From the NCBI GenBank assembly GCA_030141605.1, contig JAQGDQ010000381.1, positions 1-31,932 of the forward strand: a stretch of DNA of 31,932 bases, in the 5' to 3' direction. Positions 1 to 11,200 of the stretch are shown one piece after another; the first letter of the stretch is position 1, and the number at the start of each line of letters is the position of its first letter. The position numbers and the translations under genes were made by a program. Source of the stretch: Tubiluchus corallicola. Lineage: Eukaryota; Animalia; Priapulida. The notes beneath the pieces are model-generated. The model did not search any database. It saw nothing but the letters and a program-made list of their open reading frames with translations, and had not been told where the DNA came from.

Positions 1-713
1 GTACATTGTACACGGTTGAACTAACACAACAGCACAGCTGCAATAAAAAAACAAGTTTTGTAACTTTGTAGGCATTGTATACATGTACATTGCTGTAACA
101 ATAGCACACACCACAGTGGAAACAAAACTACAAGTTCTGTACATTCTTTCTACGCTGCACATCTGTAAAATCACAATTCATTGTATCACACATTTAACGA
201 ACATTCTCTGTTAAAGAGCTTATATTGCTTTTCCCAAACAACTTGATTTAGTTTTCATTTTTTACTTTTCTCACAAGCATAGCAATACGCAAACTGGAAT
301 CCAGAATTCAACGACAAGGCCTAATCCATGTGGATGGTTGTGATAAAAACCATCACCTAACTGAGTAGTGGTGACGTATGTAGTGCCCGCAGTTAAGCGA
401 TACTAAGTGTGGTTACCAAATGAATAGGTGACTACCAAGATAACTGTCTCTAAACAGCTTCATCTCTCACAATGCCTCCGGCTGCTTCCCTTAATGAAGA
501 CATTAACGCATCAGGACACAGCTAAGACACTTCGGATGGTTCAGTGCCTCGTGCTTAGAGAATTAATATCATGAATTAGCTAGTCTCAGTCTGGCACAAG
601 CATGTAGACTGCTTGAAGAGGTGCCAGACTTTCTACAATAATCCAAATATCGAAAATATTGCAATGGCGAATAGTTATCACAAAAATTCTTCAACAACCA
701 TCAGTTTACATTG
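1..713 (-). repeat. Inverted copy of RTTN intron b-c sequence (~4185-4885); runs off the left edge of the window
   Basis: The reverse complement aligns throughout, e.g. 601-630 catgtagactgcttgaagaggtgccagact vs 4259-4287 agtctggcactcttcaagcagtctacatg, and 37-60 vs 4821-4845. Confidence 0.93.
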
Positions 714-1787
714 TAATTATGAAATACTACTAACTCTCTGTGTAACTCATCATTTCTCTGTATCGTACATCAGTTTACATTGTAATTATGAAATACTACT
801 AACAGCCTGTGTAACTCATCATTTCTCTGCATCGTACATCAGTTTACATTGTAATTATGAAATACTACTAACAGCCTGTGTAACTCATCATTTCTCTGTA
901 TCGTACATCAGTTTACATTGTAATTATGAAATACTACTAACAGTCTGTGTAACTCATCATTTCTCTGTATCGTACATCAGTTTACATTGTAATTATGAAA
1001 TACTACTAACTCTCTGTGTAACTCATCATTTCTCTGTATCGTACATCAGTTTACATTGTAATTATGAAATACTACTAACTCTCTGTGTAACTCATCATTT
1101 CTCTGTATCGTACATCAGTTTACATTGTAATTATGAAATACTACTAACAGTCTGTGTAACTCATCATTTCTCTGTATCGTACATCAGTTTACATTGTAAT
1201 TATGAAATACTACTAACAGCCTGTGTAACTCATCATTTCTCTGCATCGTACATCAGTTTACATTGTAATTATGAAATACTACTAACTCTCTGTGTAACTC
1301 ATCATTTCTCTGTATCGTACATCAGTTTACATTGTAATTATGAAATACTACTAACAGCCTGTGTAACTCATCATTTCTCTGTATCGTACATCAGTTTACA
1401 TTGTAATTATGAAATACTACTAACAGTCTGTGTAACTCATCATTTCTCTGTATCCGTACATCAGTTTACATTGTAATTATGAAATACTACTAACTCTCTG
1501 TGTAACTCATCATTTCTCTGCATCGTACATCAGTTTACATTGTAATTATGAAATACTACTAACTCTCTGTGTAACTCATCATTTCTCTGTATCGTACATC
1601 AGTTTACATTGTAATTATGAAATACTACTAACTCTCTGTGTAACTCATCATTTCTCTGTATCGTACATCAGTTTACATTGTAATTATGAAATACTACTAA
1701 CAGCCTGTGTAACTCATCATTTCTCTGTATCGTACATCAGTTTACATTGTAATTATGAAATACTACTAACGGTCTGTGTAACTCATC
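699..1787. repeat. Minisatellite, 69-bp unit, ~16 copies
   Basis: Unit catcagtttacattgtaattatgaaatactactaac(tct/agc/agt)ctgtgtaactcatcatttctctgtatcgta. Confidence 0.97.
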
Positions 1788-2011
1788 CTGACCGTTAGCA
1801 ATGTCTTGTTAATCTTTTTTTCTTACTACTAATTCTAGTGGCCTAATATAAGCTTTCTTCCTAGGTCTCTAGTGCAGAATGTAAGAATTGTATCTTAATT
1901 TTCTTGTATTAATGAAAATCAATTTCATAAATGTAATTGCGACACATAAGTATTAGTTTATTATGCGGTATGAATTTATTGAATTGAAAAGTGGAAACCG
2001 TTTGCTTACAG

Positions 2012-2220
2012 CCTCATTGATGCAGATGCGTTTCTCCGTTCCACCGCTATTTCGCAATCTCAGATGCGGATCCATCAAAGGAAATCCGTGGAGATGTACG
2101 CCTCCATCATGTTTCTGCTCCGTGTTTGTGTGGCTGATGACGTCTTACTGCAACAACAGCTGGTTTTGGACAAGGCTTCATTGAATAGGGTTGCCAGGCT
2201 TCTTAACACAGACATCCTAG
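2012..2220 (+). CDS. RTTN: RTTN exon a (LIDADAFLRST...RVARLLNTDIL)
   Basis: ttgcttacag|c acceptor, ctag|gtgatt donor, 209 nt, ends phase 1. Same frame as the start of ORF 2064..3011. Confidence 0.8.
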
Positions 2221-5200
2221 GTGATTTGATTCTTGTTTCACAATATCCTGTTTCAGCTTACCTGTTAGATATATTTAGTAATGTTTCTTACCTGTTAGAC
2301 ACATTTGGAAACATTTCTTACCTGTTAGATACATTGAGTAACATTTCTTCCGTGTTAGATACATTGAGTAACATTTCTTACCTGTTAGATACATTGAGTA
2401 ACATTTCTTACCTGTTAGATACATTGAGTAACATTTCTTACCTGTTAGATACATTTAGTAACATTTCTTACCTGTTAGACACATTTAGGAAAACTTCTTC
2501 GATGTTAGATACATTGAGTAACATTTCTTACCTGTTAGATACATTTAGTAACATTTCTTACCTGTTAGATACATTGAGTAACATTTCTTACCTGTTAGAT
2601 ACGTTTAGTAACATTTCTTACCTGTTAGATACATTGAGTAACATTTCTTACCTGTTAGATACATTTAGTAACATTTCTTACCTGTTAGATACATTTAGTA
2701 ACATTTCTTACCTGTTAGATACGTTTAGTAACATTTCTTACCTGTTAGATACATTTAGTAACATTTCTTACCTGTTAGATACATTGAGTAACATTTCCTA
2801 CCTGTTAGATACATTTAGTAACATTTCTTACCTGTTAGATACATTGAGTAACATTTCTTACCTGTTAGACACATTTAGGAAAACTTCTTCGATGTTAGAT
2901 ACATTGAGTAACATTTCTTACCTGTTAGATACATTTAGGAAAATTTCTTCGATGTTAGATACATTTAGAAACATTTCTTACCTGTTAGATACATTTAGTA
3001 ACGTTTCTTAGCTGTTAGATACATTTAGTAACATTTCTTACCTGTTAGATACATTTAGTAACGTTTCTTAGCTGTTAGATACATTTAGTAACATTTCTTA
3101 CCTGTTAGATACATTTAGTAACGTTTGTTTGCTGTTAGATACATTCACTAACATTTCCTACCTGTTAGATACTTTTAGAAACATTTCTTACCTGTTAGAT
3201 ACATTTAGTAACGTCTCTTAGCTGTTAGATACATTCACTAGCATTTCCTACTTGTTAGATACTTTTAGAAACATTTCTTACCTGTTAGATACATTTAGTA
3301 ACGTTTCTTAGCTGTTAGATACATTTAGTAACGTCTCTTAGCTGTTAGATACATTCACTAGCATTTCCTACTTGTTAGATACTTTTAGAAACATTACGTA
3401 CCTGTAGGATACATTTAGTAACATTACTTACCTGTTGGATACATTTAGAAACATTTCTTACCTGTTATATACATTTAGAAACATTTCTTACCTGTTAGAT
3501 ACTTTTAGAAACATTACTTACCTGTTGGATACATTTAGTAACATTTCTTACCTGTTAGATACATTCAGAAACATTCTGAATTTAAACATAACTTCAATGT
3601 GTTCTTGCAAAGTTCGTAGCAACCAACATTTGCGCAGTTGCTAAGTGTTTTGTAGAGACACGATAAAAAACAATGGCTAACTTTACCAGTGATTTTCTCA
3701 AGATTATGTTTTTCAATGTGCAGCCTGCATCTCCACTTCAACGTGGATTATCTAACCTTAGAAATAACGTAGAGTGATGAGTTTGGTATCAAAGTGATCC
3801 GCATAACATGGAAATTTGGGAATTTATGGACGAGTTTGCTATGCAAGCACACATATGCATTTTTTTAACAATGTGGCCAACTTGTGCATTTCAGAAACGT
3901 ATATAGTGCTGACACCTGTAGTAGTTAAATGGAAGTTGGACAAACTACATCGTCTTTTCTTTCAACTAATAGGTACGTTTCTTACAAGCAAAAAATGACT
4001 GACTTTTGTTGATAATTTCAGGCATTGAGACGGTGAGTTGCCATCGCCTTTGGGTTGAAGTTTTCGAGTTTTTCACTCTGCTAATTGGCATACCTGTGAA
4101 CAGTTCATACCTGCAGTTGCATACAATACTCTATGTGAATTGGGACTGCATAATGGGTGAGTGTTTGTTAAAGGAGTGCAAATGCAATAAACTGATAGTT
4201 GTTGAAGAATTTCGTGATAACTATTCATTGCAATATTTTCATATTTGGATCATTGTAGAGTCTGGCACTCTTCAAGCAGTCTACATGCTTGTGCCAGGAC
4301 TGGAGACTAGCTAATTCATGATATTAATTCTCTAAGACGAGGCACTGAACCATCCGAAGTGTCTTAGCTGTGTCCTGATGCGTTAATGTCTTCATTAAGG
4401 GAAGCAGTCGGAGGCATTGTGAGAGATGAAGCTGTTCAGAGACAGTTATCTTGGTAGTCACCTATTCATTTAGTAACCACACTTAGTATCGCTTAACTGT
4501 GGGCACTATATACGTCACCACTCCTCAGTTTGGTGGTGGTTTTTGTCACAACAATCCACGTGGATGAGGCCTTGTCGTCGAGTGCTGGATTCCAGTTTGC
4601 GTATTGCTATGCGTGTGAGAAAAGTAAAAAATGAAAACTAAATCATGTTGTTTGGGAAAAGCAATATAAGCTCTTTAACAGAGAATGTTCTTTAAATGTG
4701 TGATACAATGAATTATGATTTTACAAATGTACAAAGTGTAGAAAGAATGTACAAAACTTGTGGTTTTGTTTCCACTGTGGTGTGTGCTATTGTTACATGT
4801 ATACAATACATACAAAGTTACAAAACTTGTTTTTTATTGCAGCTGTGCTGTGCTGTTGTCTTAGTTCAACTGTGTACAATGTACACGTAACAAAACTTGT
4901 TTTTTTATTGCAGCTGTGCTGTGCTGTTGTCTTAGTTCAACCGTGTACAATGTACAAAACTTGTTTTTTTATTGCAGCTGTGCTGTGCTGTCTTAGTTCA
5001 ACCGTGTACAATGTACATGTATACAACACATACAAAGTTACAAAACTTGTTTATTTATTGCAGCTGTGCTGTGCTGTTGTCTTAGTTCAACCGATTCTTC
5101 GCTCTCTTTACCGACGTTGACATTTCTCATGACGCTTTTCTCAAAGTTGGAAACTGGCGGGAAGAATTCGAAGTGGCAGAAATTTTCCGTTAGATCTTTG

Positions 5201-8200
5201 CTAGACAAACCGACCGTAACAGGTACTTGACGAGCTGTTGTGTTTTTGCTGTATCCGTTACCGTGACTGGACATTGGTCAGGCGTGATTTGTATAAAAAT
5301 ACAATCAGTTTTTTCTTGATTGTGTGATCATTACCTAATTGTCATTGTCAGAAGTGGCGGATGGTTTACCATTTTCGTCAAATACGGGTAACGAGAGGTT
5401 TTTATTTTTCATTGTTTTGATCATGACTTAGGTCTTGACACAAAAGTTCAGTTTTGGTTTTGAACCCAGTACTCAGTGAGTGGCGGCTTGTAGCTAAAAT
5501 TAGCGGGAGTGCTGCTTCAGAAAATTGTTAGCAAATTGTTTTTATATTGTGTGGAATGAAACAAACATTTAAAAAGAAGATTTAGGCAAAAATCCTAAAC
5601 AAAATAATATTTTTACTTTCTACTAGCCTAAGTTGCTATAGTTCAAATTAAATTAATCAGATTAATTAATTTATTAAGTTAATTTAAATTTAAATTGATC
5701 AGTTCATTTAAAAACAAAATCCATTCTTCTTTGTGCAAAAAGATTAATAATTTTCTTCTTGATCGTCACTGCATGAGCGACAATCATCATCATCATCATC
5801 ATCATCATCATACGCCCGTCACGTCTATTGTAGACATTGGGCAGGCAGAATTCTAAAATAAAAGAAATCTGCCTTCAGACAGGTAAACGCAGCAGTAATC
5901 CAGCAAGAAAACTAGACACTGCTACGCCAGTGGCTTGTCAGCACTACTTCCGAAAAGAGCGTCACTGCTTCAGCTAGCTAGAGTGAAGCTTAATTCTTAC
6001 CTCGGACATGTGTACATGGACGCATGCGCACAATAGCCCAACACAGCATCGCTGGAACTGTGAAGTGCCCAGTTCCGTCAAGTGCTCTGCTTTCATACAA
6101 GAATTTACAAGTATAAAGACGGAATTAAAGCAAAAAGGACTCATAAACTTGATAAAATTTTAAACGAAAATTCTTTTTACTTACAAATAGCCTAAATTGC
6201 CGCAATTCAAGAATATGCTAGTACACGGTTTTTAAGCAGGTGAGAACTGACACCTGCGTGAGCGACAGTACTTTCTCTACCCAGCAGCGGGCACTAACAG
6301 AGCAGAGTACAGCATGTTACATCAGACATGGCCAAACACACCACTGTCAAGTAAACAGTACTACCCTCACATTCTCTGGTTCCTAACAAGTATAAAGACA
6401 GAATTAAAGAAAAAAGGATTCGTTGAATATTATCGATAATATCAAATGAAAACAGGGAGTGCTGCAGTTCCACAGTGCCTATGTAAGAGCAGTCACTGCC
6501 AGTACTCACACTTTTTGAAGCATTTTAGTTTCATCATCAGTAACTGTAAATTCACCAGTACTCGCACTTTTTCAAACATGTTAGTTTCATCATTAACTGT
6601 AAATCATCAGTACTCACACTTTTTGAAGCATTTTAGTTTCATCAGTAACTGTAAATTCATCAGTACTCACAGTTTTTCAAACATTTTAGTTTCATCATTA
6701 ACTGTAAATGCATCAGTACTCACACTTTTTGAAGCATTTTAGTTTCATCATTAACTGTAAATTCATCAGTACTCACACTTTTTCAAACATTTTAGTTTCA
6801 TCATTAACTGTAAATTCATCAGTACTCACGCTCTTTCAAACATTTTAGTTTCATCATTAACTGTAAATTCACCAGTACTCACACGTTTTCAAACATTTTA
6901 GTTTCATCAGTAACTGTAAATTCATCAGTACTCACACTTTTTGAAGCAATTTAGTTTCATCAGTAACTGTAAATTCATCAGTACTCACACTTTTTAAAGC
7001 ATTTTAGTTTCATCAGTAACTGTAAATTCACCAGTACTCACACTTTTTCAAACATTTTAGTTTCATCAGTAACTGTAAATTAATCAGTACTCACACTTTT
7101 TGAAGCAATTTAGTTTCATCAGTAACTGTAAATTCATCAGTACTCACACTTTTTAAAGCATTTTAGTTTCATCAGTAACTGTAAATTCACCAGTACTCAC
7201 ACTTTTTCAAACATTTTAGTTTCATCAGTAACTGTAAATTAATCAGTACTCACACTTTTTGAAGCAATTTAGTTTCATCAGTAACTGTAAATTCATCAGT
7301 ACTCACACTTTTTAAAGCATTTTAGTTTCATCAGTAACTGTAAATTCACCAGTACTCACACTTTTTCAAACATTTTAGTTTCATCAGTAACTGTAAATTA
7401 ATCAGTACTCACACTTTTTGAAGCAATTTAGTTTCATCAGTAACTGTAAATTCATCAGTACTCACACTTTTTAAAGCATTTTAGTTTCATCAGTAACTGT
7501 AAATTCACCAGTACTCACACTTTTTCAAACATTTTAGTTTCATCAGTAACTGTAAATTAATCAGTACTCACACTTTTTGAAGCAATTTAGTTTCATCAGT
7601 AACTGTAAATTCATCAGTACTCACACTTTTTAAAGCATTTTAGTTTCATCAGTAACTGTAAATTCACCAGTACTCACACTTTTTCAAACATTTTAGTTTC
7701 ATCAGTAACTGTAAATTCACCAGTACTCACACTTTTTAAAGCATTTTAGTTTCATCAGTAACTGTAAATTCACCAGTACTCACACTTTTTCAAACATTTT
7801 AGTTTCATCATTAACTGTAAATTCATTCCTTCTTTGAACAATAATCTCCAGACTACGAATTTAATTAATAAAATCTAGATTTTGGTCTTGATTGTAGCCA
7901 CATTGTTAGATGACATTTTCCATTATGCATACTCTAGCTGTTCCTTTGTTTTACATTTCCCGTCTAGTTCATGAGGATACTTCCCTCTCCGAGGAAACCA
8001 CCAATTGCAGCGGAGGTATCCTTGCAGTCACGTTAATGAAACTTTATGAAAATCTACTGGGTCAGTCATCGTGTGCGGAAAAAACCGCCGTCACGTCTAC
8101 CATGAGAGTCTTGTTTGCCGTTAGCGTTTCCGCCAAACAGTCAGCCTTAGAAGGTACATAAATCTGTCTTTTGTCGCGTCCCTTTTCTTAGCTGAGTTAC

Positions 8201-11200
8201 TTATGAGGTCTAAAAGCGTGGAAAGATTGGTTTATTTTCTTTCTAGTTTTTTTTTTGTGTTGAGTTTAGCTCACTGTAGCAGGGAAACAGACACTCAATG
8301 GCAGGGTTTACTACCAATGTAATTCGTTGAAGCAGAACGGGTACTTTCCTAATTACAAGGAATAATCCCTTAACTCGTCCAGGACCGTAAGTGTTTGCTG
8401 CATTTTGCACAGGTTCATGAAAACTGCTCTCACTAAGCAGCGATTATGTTATATTTGATCATTTCTGTAGGTTTCTACTCCTCACACAATGCATTTTCAT
8501 GCAAAAATTATATACGAAATGCATTTGCTTACCTTACATAAAGTAAAGATTGATTTTCGATAAAAAATTGAAAAAGCTTTCAGTAACTGCAGACTTGCAC
8601 TGTAACAATGTACAGTATCGCTTGTGTAAAATCAGCTAATGCAGAAAATTTCAACTATCTGGGCACAACACTCTTATACACTTTGGAATCAAGTCTACTC
8701 TATTTTTAAACAAATTCCTGTTAAAAGATGAAAGGACCTTAATTTCTCCGTGGTTGATTGGTTGGTATTTCCTGGAAGTCTGTACAACAGACAGTTCTCT
8801 TGGCTGTTCAAAACAGACGGCCAATAAATTAGTGTGTACAGTCACGCAAGTGTACACCAGAAAAAGCTACTCAATAAGGCTAAGTTGAACTGAATGAAAA
8901 TGGCGTGTTTTTCTTGATTTTATCTAATTAAATCACTTATAAATGTTTAAACAAACAGCATGATTGGATAGCTGACATTCTCCTGAATAGAACAGTACCA
9001 AATTTGTAATCATTTAGTTATGTCTGTGTTCATACAGTAGCAGAAAAGTTACAGGTCTTACAAGATGTGTTTTGAATGGTGCAGTCCTGAATGAGTTATG
9101 TCACTGAAGTAGCAGACGAATCTTTAGGAAGTACGTAGCCGGAAGTGATATTACAGATGAAACCACTAAACACGGCTTCTTTTACGATTACTCACACATT
9201 TCTTAACAGGTGTATTAGTGCCTAACTTTATTGCTAAGCTACACTACAATCACTCGCCTACAGTAGTGCAGAGAAACAGAATAACAGCAATCGTGACAAA
9301 ACTTATTATCCCGTGTTTTAGGCAACCTGATGAAGGAGATTCTGCATCGTGTTAACGAACTACATTCTCAGCTTGTGCTGGATGGATTAGAGGTGAAAAC
9401 GGCATCTCAGAAACGTGACCTCATCATGGCAGAGCTTACAGCAAGCTTTAAACTGCTTAATCTCTTTATGTACCAGAGTGAACAAGTTAAGGTAAATGAA
9501 AAATCAATAATTTTAAGCTTGCCAGAGTGAACAAGTCAAGGTAAATGAAAAATCAATAATTTTAAGCTTGTCAGAGTAAACAAGTTAAGGTAAAAGAAAA
9601 ATCAATAATTTTAAGCTGGTTTGAATCGTAAATCGTCACTGCGATTTCTGATTTGATGGTTCGATTTCTGATTCATGTGTGATTTTTGATTTTTCACATG
9701 TGGGTTTTTGTATTTAAATTTGTTTTGGATGCACAAACTATCGAAGTCCAACTAAACCCTCACTATAATTGAAGCTTTTACAATTCAAAATCCTGCTCAT
9801 TATGAATATTTAATTCATTTCATTATAAACTTACTGTAAAACTTATTTCTTTTAAATTTTTTAATCACTTCGTTGTCGGCGGTATTAAATTTGAAGATTG
9901 TCATTTTTCATTGCGCCAGATGAATGACATTGTGAGTACCGTCACGAGGTCACCAAAGGTCAGTAAACAAACATCGGTAACCATAGACGCATGGCTATCT
10001 TTACTGCAATGCACGCATTCGCCAGTTATTTCATTTATAAATCTCTTTTGTTTAATTATAACTATGAATTCTTTTGTGTAATTATAATGATAATAATGTG
10101 TTAAAAAGCTTCATTGTCTGTTGTTGTTGTACAGTGTTCCCTCGTTACTTCGCGGTTCGTTTATCGCGGCTCGCTGTTTCGCGGGTTTTCAAAAATATTA
10201 ATGTAAAATATTTATCGCGGTATTTTCGCCGTTTTGCGGGTTTTTGCGGTACTCCGTCTAAAGTATTTTTGCACATGCATAGTACAGTAATGTATGGATT
10301 TGATGAATTTTGCATAAAAAAATCACAAAATGTATAAAAATATATTAAAAATCTTAATTCTAACGTTAAAAGAATATTATAAATCATAAAAATTACCATT
10401 TACAGTAAATAGTGCATTTATTCGGCGGATGAATACACACCAAAAAAGAAATGTAGTACTTGCGCCCGCTTGAGATGCTACAAGGTTTAAGAGTTTAAAA
10501 CATTTTTATGAACATTTAAGTAAAGTTTTTTAAAAGGTACATGTACAGTATGGGAAAAGTTATTAAGGGAAAGGGAACGAGTGTGGGGAGGGTTTATAAA
10601 GTAATAAACCGTAAATCGCAATAAACTTCATCTTCTTCATGTTTCAAGTTTTCTAAATATTACAGGTTGCAGCATTAGAGTGTCAGTTAACTAGCATTAC
10701 ACACACACTGTGGCCTTGGGCTCTTGTTGAAAAGCATCTTTTGGTGGCTGTTCTATCAGCATTGTGCTGTTTTACTGCTAAACACGTGGACGGTAAGTAG
10801 AACTAAAATAAGACGGCTATGTGAATTTTTTTAGAAAATGGATGGATTAATAGTTTTTTTGTTAGTATTATTGTCACTTGTACATACAATGCTTTCTCGA
10901 GTGATATTACAATCACGAAAACTTATGACGTAGAAAAGGGTTTTCAAACTCTGATAATATCTCGTCGAAGCGACCATTTTGCTTACAGTTTTTTCTGTCG
11001 CCAACACCCACATGTTTGTTTGGAAGAGCCATCTACTGGATTTAAGCATAAGTTCAAAAGTGCACTTGCAATGTCCATAGCAACCAACATTTGTGCGGTT
11101 GCTAAGTGTTTGTAGAAACACGACAAAAAACAATGGCTGACTTTAAAAGTGATTTTCTTAAGATTATATGTTTCTCAGTACGCAGCCTGGACCTCAACTT

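Noticed and set aside
613-1476. 287-aa ORF with Cys/His repeats resembling a zinc-finger array
   Set aside because: Translation of the 69-bp minisatellite; TTG start, broken by a 1-nt insertion at ~1455, no C2H2 spacing.
2221-3011. LLDTFSNISY repeat extension resembling an LRR protein
   Set aside because: Read-through from exon a into the 30-bp array. The donor at 2221 joins exon b in frame and restores rotatin homology.
4259-4600. GC-richer stretch after cattgtag as a possible extra exon
   Set aside because: Stops in all three frames in both copies; rotatin homology is continuous from exon b to exon c without it.
5785-5850. (CAT)9 tract as the reversed tail of a LINE/SINE inserted in the hAT element
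   Set aside because: Plausible, but no TSD or second copy is visible, so it is not called.
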